NCBI GenBank assembly: GCA_965200495.1
Contig: CBDAUG010000001.1
Location: forward strand, 2,324,885 to 2,388,884
DNA: 64,000 nt
Direction: 5' to 3'
Source: Alphaproteobacteria bacterium
Lineage (GTDB): Bacteria; Pseudomonadota; Alphaproteobacteria; SP197
Program-made: the position numbers and the translations under genes
Notes under the pieces: model-generated
Told to the model about the DNA's origin: nothing
The model's database searches: none
What the model saw: the letters and a program-made list of their open reading frames with translations, nothing else
Shown here: piece after piece, positions 55,069-64,000 of the stretch
Layout: each line of letters begins with the position of its first letter
Numbering within the stretch: position 1 is the stretch's first letter

Positions 55069-56432
55069 GGTGCCATGCCTTCCAGCAGCGTCACGTCACC
55101 CTGGACCATCACCAGCGTGAACAGCGCGATTACAAGCGCCCCAAGCAGGACGTAGGCGAAGAGACCGAGTCTCTGCCGGCGCGCCTCGGCGCTCATCAGC
55201 CTTGCCGCCAGCGTCGCTGCGGCCGCGGCGATGACGACGGCAAAGACCATTCTCTGGAGAAGCGAGAACTGCGGAGCTGCCGCCTCGACTCCCGAGGGGA
55301 CGAACAGAAGATAACGTGTCGCAAGATCGGCGCCGTGCGCGACGACGAGACCTTCCGACGGAAGGGAGGTGCTGGAGGTTGCCACATGAAGCAGGATACC
55401 GCCAACGATGGTGCCGAGAACCAGAAACGCGCTCCACGGCGAAATGAACGCAATGTGCCGGGCAACGATCGGGACCAGAAGGGTCAGCAACAGGGACAGC
55501 ACCAGGATGATGCCGTAGCTCATCTGCGTGACGAATGCCTGTATTGCGCCAAAGTTGAGCGTGGCGAGGACGTAACCGATCAGGTAGAGGTTCAGTGCAC
55601 CGAGAAGGGCGCCGGTGACACCGCCCCGGCCGCCTGCCAGGCTCACACCGCCGAGTACAAGCGCGGTGACGGCCGTCAGGGTCATGGTCGTACCCTGGGT
55701 CGGGTCCCCTGAGGCAATCAGAGCAGTATAGCAAATTGCACCCAATCCGACGAACAGGCCGGCGATGACATGGGCGCCGATGCGCACGACATAGATGCGC
55801 ACTCCGCTCGTCCAGGCCGCACGCTCGTCGTATCCCATCATCCTCAAGTTGCTGTAGAACCGCGTCAGCGTGAACAAGAGCCAGCCGACGGTGGCGATCG
55901 CGACAATCAGAAGCACCGGCGAGAAGATCGTCGTGCCGCGGCCCCAGCTTGCCATCCACTCCGGCGCCAAACCACCCGGGCGTGGGAGGATGACGAGGTT
56001 GATACCCGACAGCGCCAGGAATCCGGAGAGGGCGACGATGATCGGCTGAACCCGGACCCAGATCACCACAATCGCGAAGAGCAGCTGATAGAGAACGCCC
56101 AATCCGAGCGCCACCAGGAAGACGCCGAACGGGCCGGTCACCAGATCCAGCATGTTCAGCTTGACGATCGTGACGTTGATGAAGGCAAGTAGTGGGCCGA
56201 CGGCAAGATCGATGGTGCCGCGGCCCGCGATGGCAAGTGACATCAGCGCGTAGGTCGCAAGTGTAAGCGGAGCGGCAACGATGATGGCGCTGCCGAAACC
56301 CGACATTGAGACGAGATGCGGACCGCGGATGGCGGCTGCCGACAGCAGCACCATGATGAGCACGATCGGCACCAGGAGATAGGTGCTTGTCGTCGATGAC
56401 CGTTCCGACATCCCGTTCGGGCCCGCAGCCAT
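55065..56432 (-). CDS. sugar ABC transporter permease (second subunit, with C-terminal extension)
   Basis: 455 aa, highly hydrophobic. It overlaps the downstream permease by 4 nt. The start may be the internal Met at 56411. Confidence 0.72.
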   Translation of the reverse strand: MAAGPNGMSERSSTTSTYLLVPIVLIMVLLSAAAIRGPHLVSMSGFGSAIIVAAPLTLATYALMSLAIAGRGTIDLAVGPLLAFINVTIVKLNMLDLVTGPFGVFLVALGLGVLYQLLFAIVVIWVRVQPIIVALSGFLALSGINLVILPRPGGLAPEWMASWGRGTTIFSPVLLIVAIATVGWLLFTLTRFYSNLRMMGYDERAAWTSGVRIYVVRIGAHVIAGLFVGLGAICYTALIASGDPTQGTTMTLTAVTALVLGGVSLAGGRGGVTGALLGALNLYLIGYVLATLNFGAIQAFVTQMSYGIILVLSLLLTLLVPIVARHIAFISPWSAFLVLGTIVGGILLHVATSSTSLPSEGLVVAHGADLATRYLLFVPSGVEAAAPQFSLLQRMVFAVVIAAAAATLAARLMSAEARRQRLGLFAYVLLGALVIALFTLVMVQGDVTLLEGMAP

Positions 56433-56459
56433 GATTCAAGCGCCGGGCGGAGCCATTGC

Positions 56460-57398
56460 TCAAAGTTCAATCACGCGGCGCGGGTCCGCCTTCGAGGCTT
56501 GCTGTGGCCGGACGACAGGACCGGACAGCGAGCGACCTTCCCCGCGTCGCTGTGGATCATTCTGCAGAATCTTCTTGAGAACGGGCGCCACGACATTCTT
56601 GAACTTTTCCGGATCCTCTGAGGTCGGAAAGTGGCCACCGGAGAAGATGATGCACTCGCAGCCCTTGACCTTCTCCGCTGTGCGCTCTGTCATTTCTGGT
56701 GTACAGGCGAAGTCGTAGTCGCCGGTCATGAAGTAGATGGGCAGCCGCCCCGAAATCCTGTGCACCTTGTCACGGTAGTCGCTATCGACGGAATAGTAGT
56801 AGAGATCCCCCTTGAAGACGCCCGGTCCGCCCTGCGCATAGTACCACCACGTTTCCCAGCGATACTGGTCCGGACTCTCCGGCGACATCAGGCCGAACAC
56901 GGATGTCGCCACGGCCTCGCCTCCATGAACGTGCGGATGATGCAATGGATCGATCCACCACCCCGGTGAGTGGTCGCAGGCCTCCAGTGCAATCAGCGCC
57001 GAAAAATCGTTCTCGTGGTTGAGGGCGAGTTCAAGGCAGATGTTGCCGCCCATGGACTGGCCCATGATGACCGGCTTGTCGAGGTCGAGGGCCCGGCAGA
57101 AGGCGACAATGAACTCTGCGTAGAACCTCGACGTCAGCTTGTATTCATCCTCCATCAGGTAGAAGTCCTCGGGCGGGATCGATTTCCCGTGCCAGGGAAG
57201 ATCAAACGCAATCATGCGGAAATTCGATGAGAAGTCCGGTTCGCAAAGCTGATGGCGATACTGGCGACAGTCGGTGCCGGCGGTATGCAGGCAGACCATG
57301 GGAATACCTTCGCCAGTTTCCTCGTAATAGGTCCTGTAGGTCTTTCCTTCGCAGGTCACGTAAACGTAGCGTCCGATGATGGGATCATGCGGGTTCAT
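56460..57398 (-). CDS. alpha/beta-fold hydrolase
   Basis: GQSMGG nucleophile elbow. The product begins MNPHDPIIGRY. GC is lower (about 55%) than the surroundings. Confidence 0.75.
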   Translation of the reverse strand: MNPHDPIIGRYVYVTCEGKTYRTYYEETGEGIPMVCLHTAGTDCRQYRHQLCEPDFSSNFRMIAFDLPWHGKSIPPEDFYLMEDEYKLTSRFYAEFIVAFCRALDLDKPVIMGQSMGGNICLELALNHENDFSALIALEACDHSPGWWIDPLHHPHVHGGEAVATSVFGLMSPESPDQYRWETWWYYAQGGPGVFKGDLYYYSVDSDYRDKVHRISGRLPIYFMTGDYDFACTPEMTERTAEKVKGCECIIFSGGHFPTSEDPEKFKNVVAPVLKKILQNDPQRRGEGRSLSGPVVRPQQASKADPRRVIEL

Positions 57399-57412
57399 CG
57401 TTGTTCTCTCCG

Positions 57413-57817
57413 TCAGATTTCGCGCATGAGTGCAAGCATGCGGGTCAGTGCCCGCACGTTTTGCCAGAACGACAACTGATTGCCGTCGATAACCAGCTGC
57501 TTGTGCAGTGGATGCGCCATGGCCCAGATGTCGTTGAACATGGGCGGGGGCACAGGCTGGCTGAACTTCTCCCATGCGCTTGAGGGTGCACGCAGGGCAA
57601 ACTCGAAACCAAAGTCGTTCGGCGTCAAGCCCTCGGAGATGCGAACGATCTTGCCTTTCTGGACCTCGAACAGGAATTCGGTGTCGTCAAAGGCGATCAG
57701 GAACCGGAGATTGAAGAATCTGCCGATGGTCGGCAGGATCCGGTCTTCATTGACGCGACGCGCCCAGCGCTCGACCCATTCAATGTCGAAACTGGATCTG
57801 CGGCCATATCTGCTCAT
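57413..57817 (-). CDS. hypothetical protein (134 aa), within ABC operon
   Basis: Internal Met of ORF 57413-58309. The remainder of that ORF overlaps the PEBP-coding 3' part of the upstream gene and was rejected. Confidence 0.45.
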   Translation of the reverse strand: MSRYGRRSSFDIEWVERWARRVNEDRILPTIGRFFNLRFLIAFDDTEFLFEVQKGKIVRISEGLTPNDFGFEFALRAPSSAWEKFSQPVPPPMFNDIWAMAHPLHKQLVIDGNQLSFWQNVRALTRMLALMREI

Positions 57818-57854
57818 AAGGTCCTCCTGTCGGTTCAACAGCAACGTGCATGGC

Positions 57855-60056
57855 TCATGCAGCGGGTAACGGAGTGCGGGCGGGTCCGTAGACCGCGGTA
57901 AACGATGCCTGGTCGATTGCGACCGGGAGGACCGCTGCGCCGAAAGCGGCGAGGTCCGCGTCTGCTGCAATGTCAATTCCGGGCACCTTGAGTGCGTAAA
58001 GCGTGAAGACATAGCGATGCTGTTTGTCAGGAGGCCACGGACCGCCCCAGCCTCGGCCGAAGCCTGGAATGGCGAAGGCCACAAAGTCGCAGTTGAGTTC
58101 GATCGCGGCGCCCGGCAGCGCCTGGCCGCTGGCTCCTTCGGGCAGTTCGCGGATGTGATCGGGAATGTTGCAGACAAGCCAGTGAGCGAAACTTCGCGGG
58201 AAACTGAAGGCTTCAGGCACGTCCGGGTCGGTGACCGACAGGGCGAAACTTCGCGTGCCGAGCGGTACGCCAGACCAGCAGAGAGCGGGCGATGTGCTGC
58301 TCGATTCACAGAACCGGTCGGGTATCACCGAATCCTGGGGAATATCCGGCGCATGGAAGAGAAAGTCTGGCGGGCCCACCTGATCCTGCCAGTCGTTTGA
58401 GGACAACAGCGTCACCGGTCGGCCGTGTGGCCGTCCTTGCGCCACAAACGGCGTCGTCGTCGATGGTTGCCCTTGTCGGTCAGGATCATGACGTCGGTCA
58501 GGATCATGACGTCGGTTAGGATCATGACCGTCTGATGACGAGACCGTGCCGCCACGCCGGCCGAACATGGCATTGAGAATATCGTGACCGTTGAGCGGCG
58601 AGGAGAACTCTGCCGATATGGTGCCGTGACGGAACACATGCACCCGGTTACAGAGACCGAGAAATTCCTCGATTTCGGACGACAGGAACACCACGGCGTT
58701 GCCGCGCGCCACGAAGGCCCGGAGATTGAGATAGAGGTCACGTTTGGCACCGACGTCAATGCCGCGGGCAGGATCATTCAGTGCCAGGATCGAGGGTTTT
58801 TCTGCGAAGGCGCGCGCGATCAGGACCTTTTGCTGATTGCCGCCCGAGAGGGATGTGACAAGATCCTCGGATGATCCCATCCGCACATCAAGTCGCCCCG
58901 ATTCCCATTCGAAGACCGGGCGGAGTTTTGTGCGGTTGATCAGGTTGAGCCAGCCTCCGGCCCGGTACTCTCGGTAGACAGGCAGCAACAGGTTTTCGAA
59001 GATGTTGAGATTGCCGAAGATTCCTTCCTTCGCGCGGTCGCCGGAGACATAGGCAATGCCGCTCTCGCGAGCCGTCCGGAGATTGTCGATCGCGACTGCC
59101 GTGTTGTTTCGGACAATGGCGATGCGGCCCTCCGCCATCGTCTGTACCCCCGCAATGGCGCGGACAAAGTCGGCGTGTCCGTGCCCGTCGAGTCCTGTGA
59201 TTCCGACGATCTCGCCGGGATGGATTGTCAAGTCGAAAGAACTGGCGCCGGCCCAGACCCGTGCTTCGATAATGCGCAGAAGAGGGTGATCCGAAAGGCG
59301 GGAAACCGGGTCCTGCGATGGGCTCTGCCGGTGCTGCCCTTTCCCGGCGATCATGTCCACAATCCGCGCTTCGCTGATGTCCTGCCCGGCCAGGGTGCCG
59401 ATTGCGCTGCCGTCACGCAGCACGGTGGCGCTGTCGGCAATCCGCACCAGTTCGGCGATACGGTGGGTGACGATCATGATCGTGCAACCTCCGGCCTTCA
59501 TGCGGCGCATTTTGGTGAACAGCCGTTCCGTGGAGTCGAAGTCGAGTGCGGCCGAGGATTCGTCGAGGATCAGAACCTTGGGATCGGTCAGGATCGCCCG
59601 GGCGATGGTGACCCACTGTTTGATCGACAGGGGAAGTTCGCCAACGGCAACATCAAGGTCGAGTTCGAAACCCAGGAGTTCAATCATCAGTTCGCCCGCT
59701 GCGCGGTAGCGCTCCTCCCTTGCAACGGGAGTGCCAAGCAGGCTGTCTGCTCCGAGATACAGATTGTCGAGAACTGAGCACTCGTCGGCGACCAGAACTT
59801 CCTGGAAGACATTCGAAATGCCGAGTTCGCGGGCTTCATAGGGAGAGCTTGCGGATTTGCCGAGAATCGAGACGTGCCCACGATCCGGGATCAGCACCCC
59901 GGAGATCACCTTTGCGAGCGTGCTCTTGCCGGATCCGTTGCCGCCAATGATGGCATGAATCTCGCCTGCCGACGCGCGCAACGAGACACCGTCGAGGGCA
60001 ACGGTCGGGCCGAAGGCCTTGCTGACGTCGGAAATCTCGACGGTAGCTGCGACCAC
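57855..60056 (-). CDS. sugar ABC transporter ATP-binding protein (tandem NBDs) fused in frame, via a repeat linker, to a YbhB/YbcL (PEBP) family domain
   Basis: Two Walker A/LSGG-type NBDs (GGNGSGKST..., LSGGNQQK) cover about 495 aa. A (HDPxRR)x3 linker follows. The C-terminal 186 aa has the PEBP pattern DPDVPEA...HWLVCNIP...PPDKQHRYVFTLYAL. An alternative internal GTG start for the PEBP part lies at 58415. Confidence 0.75.
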   Translation of the reverse strand: MVAATVEISDVSKAFGPTVALDGVSLRASAGEIHAIIGGNGSGKSTLAKVISGVLIPDRGHVSILGKSASSPYEARELGISNVFQEVLVADECSVLDNLYLGADSLLGTPVAREERYRAAGELMIELLGFELDLDVAVGELPLSIKQWVTIARAILTDPKVLILDESSAALDFDSTERLFTKMRRMKAGGCTIMIVTHRIAELVRIADSATVLRDGSAIGTLAGQDISEARIVDMIAGKGQHRQSPSQDPVSRLSDHPLLRIIEARVWAGASSFDLTIHPGEIVGITGLDGHGHADFVRAIAGVQTMAEGRIAIVRNNTAVAIDNLRTARESGIAYVSGDRAKEGIFGNLNIFENLLLPVYREYRAGGWLNLINRTKLRPVFEWESGRLDVRMGSSEDLVTSLSGGNQQKVLIARAFAEKPSILALNDPARGIDVGAKRDLYLNLRAFVARGNAVVFLSSEIEEFLGLCNRVHVFRHGTISAEFSSPLNGHDILNAMFGRRGGTVSSSDGHDPNRRHDPDRRHDPDRQGQPSTTTPFVAQGRPHGRPVTLLSSNDWQDQVGPPDFLFHAPDIPQDSVIPDRFCESSSTSPALCWSGVPLGTRSFALSVTDPDVPEAFSFPRSFAHWLVCNIPDHIRELPEGASGQALPGAAIELNCDFVAFAIPGFGRGWGGPWPPDKQHRYVFTLYALKVPGIDIAADADLAAFGAAVLPVAIDQASFTAVYGPARTPLPAA
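58476..58529. repeat. 3 x 18-bp perfect/near-perfect tandem repeat in the ATPase-PEBP linker (encodes HDPDRR units)
   Basis: tcggtcaggatcatgacg tcggtcaggatcatgacg tcggttaggatcatgacc. Confidence 0.85.
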
Positions 60057-60159
60057 GTCAGATGTTCCGGCAGACCCGCAAGGCTGGACTCGCCACTGCC
60101 CGGCTTTCAGGGCAGTGGCGAGTCATGATCCGCTTCTTTGGGATAAACTGAGCCAACCT

Positions 60160-61356
60160 TTACTGTGCGGCCGGATGCGATGCCGGATCGTACATCTCCG
60201 GATCTGCCGGGCGCAGGAAGAAGTTGTCCAGATATTCCTTGCCCGCCCAGGCTTCGACGCCGACATGGTACCAGTCTGCCGAGTTCTCGTCGCAGTCTTC
60301 AGGAATAGCCGCGAGCATCTGGTCCCTGTTCATCGATATGGGCTTGGCAAGGATCGACTGAACCTTGGGGCCCTGCCCCTGAAGTGTGCGCATCATGATG
60401 TTCCAGGACATCTCGAAATCGTCACCGGGAGGCCACGCATGGATCGCGCCCGAGACGTAGTCCGGATGGTTGCGCCAGTAGCAAAGGGCGCCGAGTTCGC
60501 TGCCGATGGTCACCGGCACCATGTCGCGACCCGACTGCTTCAGGGCACGCAACGCGCCAAGTTCGGAGGCGGACTGAATAATGATGCCATCGAGTTGGCC
60601 GGGGTTGGTCGCCATCCATTTCTGGATTTCGGCCTGGGCCACCTGGTCTGTCCACATTCCGGCGATCTGGCCGACAGTCTCGATATCCGGGTAGTCGGCG
60701 AGTGCTGCCTCAATGCCAACGTTCTGACTGTCAGAGGCCGATGTACCCGGGATTCCCTCGACATTGAGAATGTTGCCGACGCCGCCGATTTCGCTGGCCA
60801 TCCACTCGCCCATCATGCGCCCACCGACGACGAAGTTGGCCGACGAGTTCACCGAGTAGGGACTGGTCAGGTAACCGACCGCTGAAAACGTGGGGACACC
60901 GCGTTCGTAGGCATAGGCGACGGTCTGGTTGAGTGCCGTGGGATTCGAGCAGCAGACGATCAGTGCATCGACACCCTGGTCGACGAGCTGGCGCATTTGC
61001 TGGATCTGAACCGAATCGTTGAGGTTCGACTGCGTGATGACGACCTCTGAGACAAGACCGAGCGCGGTCCATTTTGGAATGATCTCGTTCTGCAGCCGGT
61101 TCATGACGGCGGCGCGCCAGGTGTTGCCGGCATAACTTGAGGCATAACCGATCTTCCATGGTGGCGGGTTCGGGGCGATGAAATCGCGATAGGGGCTTTT
61201 GCCCACAGGCTGGACCGGATCCATGAATGCCGGGTCGTAGAGTTCGTCGCGGATGTCTTCAGGCAGTTCTTCGACTCCGGCCGACACCGGTGCTGCGATC
61301 ATGGCCGATACGCAAACAGCAAGTGCCGGCAAGAATGCGGTCGTGCAGCGTTTCAT
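60160..61356 (-). CDS. sugar ABC transporter periplasmic substrate-binding protein
   Basis: Signal peptide MKRCTTAFLPALAVCVSAMIAAPVSAG. It has a periplasmic binding protein type I-like body. It is the first gene of the minus-strand cluster. Confidence 0.8.
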   Translation of the reverse strand: MKRCTTAFLPALAVCVSAMIAAPVSAGVEELPEDIRDELYDPAFMDPVQPVGKSPYRDFIAPNPPPWKIGYASSYAGNTWRAAVMNRLQNEIIPKWTALGLVSEVVITQSNLNDSVQIQQMRQLVDQGVDALIVCCSNPTALNQTVAYAYERGVPTFSAVGYLTSPYSVNSSANFVVGGRMMGEWMASEIGGVGNILNVEGIPGTSASDSQNVGIEAALADYPDIETVGQIAGMWTDQVAQAEIQKWMATNPGQLDGIIIQSASELGALRALKQSGRDMVPVTIGSELGALCYWRNHPDYVSGAIHAWPPGDDFEMSWNIMMRTLQGQGPKVQSILAKPISMNRDQMLAAIPEDCDENSADWYHVGVEAWAGKEYLDNFFLRPADPEMYDPASHPAAQ

Positions 61357-61556
61357 GGGTCCTCCCTTCAAGGTTCTGTTTCAACGGACCGACATGACTG
61401 CTGACGCTTCAGCGCGATGTCACTGCCGGCCCGCCCGGGAAATCTACACCACATCTGCAACAACGGAATAGTCCGGAGTAGGACGATCCCACGCTCAATT
61501 CGGGGACTGTTGTTGATACCACCTGTTGTTGCGTTGCATGCGCGCGGGCGCGGGAT

Positions 61557-62750
61557 TTGAGGGGCCTTGCGGCAGAGGTCGCGGCGGGCGTCACCGCGGA
61601 CATCGAGCGCCTGATCGACGGTCCGGCTGATGGCCTGGACTTCGAGGTTGTTGAACGTGTGGTCCGGGAGACGGCGCTTGGCACGGCGGCCTCGCTTCTG
61701 GCGGCTCGGCTGAACGCGACCTTATCGGACGGCGAGGCGGCTGCACTGCCCTGTGACTGTGGCGGCATCGGTCGTCGCCGGGGGCGTCGTTCCAGGGTCC
61801 TTGTCACGGCTCCTGGGCCTGTGACCCTGGAGCGGGCGTGGTCTCACTGCGAGGTGTGCGGCCGCGGCTTCAGCCCGCTAGACCGGGCCCTTGGTCTGGA
61901 GGGGCATGGTCTCTCGCCCGCGGTTTGAGCGCATGGTTGCGATCACGACAGCGGAACCCGGCTTCGCCGGAAGCAGCACACTGTTGCGCGAACTGGCCAG
62001 CCTTGAGGTCGAAGCCAGACAGGTGGAACGCCAGGCTGAAGCCCTGGGTGGCGAGATCGCTCAGATGAGAGAAACGTCATCGAGGTGGAGCCGCCGACTG
62101 CGGTGACGCTCTGTCCCGGCCTTGTGCACCGGGATCCCGGTGCACAAGGAGGAAAGGGAGGGCCGTCACGGCAAGCAGGCGGGCGGCACGGCGCGGTCAA
62201 GCTTGCTATCATCTGGTCAGCCGACAGCCGCCCCAGGGAAGGCAAACCGGTCCGCGCTTGGCGGGTCTGTCACCTGCAACGCGCCATTGAATCCATCGCC
62301 ACCCGTGATACCGACAAGGAGCTTGCGGTCTTTGCCCGGCGGATCCTCACGCGAGAGGGAGCGCCGCGACTTCTTCGGCGTCGAACGCGGGTTGTCCTCG
62401 GTGATGGCGCTGCCTGGATATGAAACGTCGCCGCCAAGCATGTGCAAAGACGCCATCCAGATCGTCGCTCTCTTCCATGCCAGGGCACTCTGCGGATAAG
62501 GACAGCGATCTCGCCTGCCAGTGGGGCAAGCAGCGGCGCGCCGCACTCGACCAGGGGTGCTTCGACCTTGTCATCGCCGCGCTGGAGAAACACGCAGACC
62601 GCGGCGAGGAAGCAGCGCGCAACGTCACCTGCCTTAACAGAACAATCGCGCACACGTATGGACGACCCCCGGTTCCGTGCCCGGGGCCTGTGCGTCTCCA
62701 CCGGCGTGGTCCGAGGGAGCATGCGCGCCAGTCATCGCCGACCGTCTGAA
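61557..62750 (+). mobile_element. fragmented transposase pseudogene (ISKra4/ISAzo13-like, family tentative)
   Basis: Consecutive ORFs in three frames: 61557-61928 (...CDCGGIGRRRGRRSRVLVTAPGPVTLERAWSHCEVCGRGFSPLDRALGL), 62085-62423 (...VVLGDGAAWI), 62420-62749. Confidence 0.5.
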
Positions 62751-62955
62751 GAACGGCGGCATGCGCCGTTCACGGCAATCGCTTCGATGGCGTGTCGGGA
62801 ACGGCGCGCCGCCTGACCCAGGCAGGGTCGCCGCACAATACTGTCAAAGCACCCACTCCGCAGCTCCGCAAGGGCGCGACCGGGTGCCGAGGGAATCGGC
62901 TCTGACCGGGTGGCCTTCGTCCGTGGCACATGGTACCGTCATGTGTCGCTACCTG

Positions 62956-64000
62956 ATGACATGCCATGACCCGGGCCCCCCGCAATTCCAGGAACAAGCT
63001 CTGACACACAAGGGGCGGGCAGCACCGGCGATCCTGCTGTGCATGATGGTCTTCGGCACGGCGCCCTTGCAGGCACAGGATTGGCCTCAGCCGGACGACA
63101 GGAGCGCACTGGACGAGGGCGTCCTGAAGCTGACGCTTGACGATGCGGTGCGGCGTGCACTGGAGCACAATCGCGCGTTTGTGACGACCCGCGAGAATCG
63201 CGAGGTGCAGAAACTTCACCTGGAGATCGCAGAAGACCGCTGGGCGCCCAGCTTGAGCCTGAATTCCTCAGCCACCCGCAACCAGACGTCGAGCAGTGGC
63301 ACGGGCAGCGCGGGCGTGATGATCCCTGTTCCGACGACAGGCGGCAGTCTGACGATGAACTGGAACGAGGCGCTGTCGGACAGCAGCGGCGATACCCGGA
63401 CCCTCAGCCTGGCGTTCAGTCAGCCCTTGCTGAAGGGCGGGCCGGCGATCGCCGATCACGCGATTCGCAGCGCGCGCCTTGGCGAGCAGGCCAACATTCT
63501 GGGGCTGCACAGTGCCGCGGCGAGTCTGATTTCGCAGACCGTAGGGAAATATCGTGCCTTGATCAGTGCGGTGCGGCAGGTGGAGCTTGCCGAAGCGGCG
63601 TTGCGCCGGGCGCAGGACCAGCTGGCGACGACGCGCGCGCTGATCGAGGCCGGGCGGGTGGCGCGGCGCGAGGCGATTCGTTCCGAGGCGACGATTGCCA
63701 ACAGGGAGCTTGCGCTGGTGACGGCGCGCAATGCTCTGGATGCCGCCAACCTGGACCTGGTTGATCATCTGGCTTTCGAGGACGCCGTGCGGATTCATCC
63801 GCTGGCGTCCCTGAGGGTGGAGCGCCGGGACGTTGACCATGCGTCGGTGCTGGAGGACGCGCTGCGCCTGCGCCCGGATTTTCGCCAGGCGCAGCTGAGT
63901 GTGGAGTTGGCGCGGATCGCCCTGGAGAAAGCCCACAACAACCTTCTGCCCAATGTGAGTCTCCAACTCAACATGTCCCGCACGTATCACTTGCAGGCGA
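62956..64000 (+). CDS. TolC-family outer-membrane efflux protein, 3' partial
   Basis: Signal peptide ...AILLCMMVFGTAPLQA/QD. It carries the OMF N-terminal repeat LTLDDAVRRALEHNRAF... and a second one, LEDALRLRPDFRQAQL. It was not in the ORF track because it runs off the window. Confidence 0.8.
   Translation, partial: MTCHDPGPPQFQEQALTHKGRAAPAILLCMMVFGTAPLQAQDWPQPDDRSALDEGVLKLTLDDAVRRALEHNRAFVTTRENREVQKLHLEIAEDRWAPSLSLNSSATRNQTSSSGTGSAGVMIPVPTTGGSLTMNWNEALSDSSGDTRTLSLAFSQPLLKGGPAIADHAIRSARLGEQANILGLHSAAASLISQTVGKYRALISAVRQVELAEAALRRAQDQLATTRALIEAGRVARREAIRSEATIANRELALVTARNALDAANLDLVDHLAFEDAVRIHPLASLRVERRDVDHASVLEDALRLRPDFRQAQLSVELARIALEKAHNNLLPNVSLQLNMSRTYHLQA

Noticed and set aside
1-64000. 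CRISPR arrays, integrase or recombinase genes, rRNA genes
   Set aside because: No regularly spaced direct repeats and no tyrosine/serine recombinase signatures were found anywhere in the window. The only tRNA found is tRNA-Leu(GAG).

Overview
This is a high-GC (about 65%) alphaproteobacterial chromosomal window. Positions 1-27,022 hold the conserved rpoBC / str / S10 / spc / alpha ribosomal-protein super-operon on the + strand: rpoB (5' partial), rpoC, rpsL, rpsG, fusA, tuf, rpsJ through rplQ, with secY-adk and no rpmJ, as is typical for alphaproteobacteria. Housekeeping genes follow: a DUF1491-like ORF, rarA, crcB, an RluA-family pseudouridine synthase, an ATP12 chaperone, pccB and pccA. From about 34,450 to 48,350 there is a decayed mobile/accessory island centred on a tRNA-Leu(GAG) gene at 38,383-38,469. 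It carries three type II toxin-antitoxin pairs (higBA, a Gp49-HigB-like/HTH pair, dinJ-yafQ), a duplicated and internally deleted dinJ remnant, a truncated Fic gene and an N-truncated AbiEii. It also carries a 5'-truncated group II intron RT/maturase, two decayed IS1380-family transposase copies in inverted orientation, a frameshifted mgtE, and a lower-GC cysteine-rich secreted-protein gene interrupted by a poly-C(8) tract. Then comes a 13 kb co-directional minus-strand cluster (48,357-61,371), in transcription order: a sugar-ABC substrate-binding protein, an ABC ATPase fused to a PEBP/YbhB domain, a small hypothetical, an alpha/beta hydrolase, two ABC permeases, a microbial-rhodopsin-like 7-TM protein lacking the retinal-binding lysine, a flotillin, a small membrane protein and an SSS-family symporter. 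The middle of this cluster has markedly lower GC (about 55%). The window ends with fragmented transposase ORFs and the 5' part of a TolC-like outer-membrane efflux gene. Many long antisense ORFs in the six-frame track are high-GC artefacts and are rejected.
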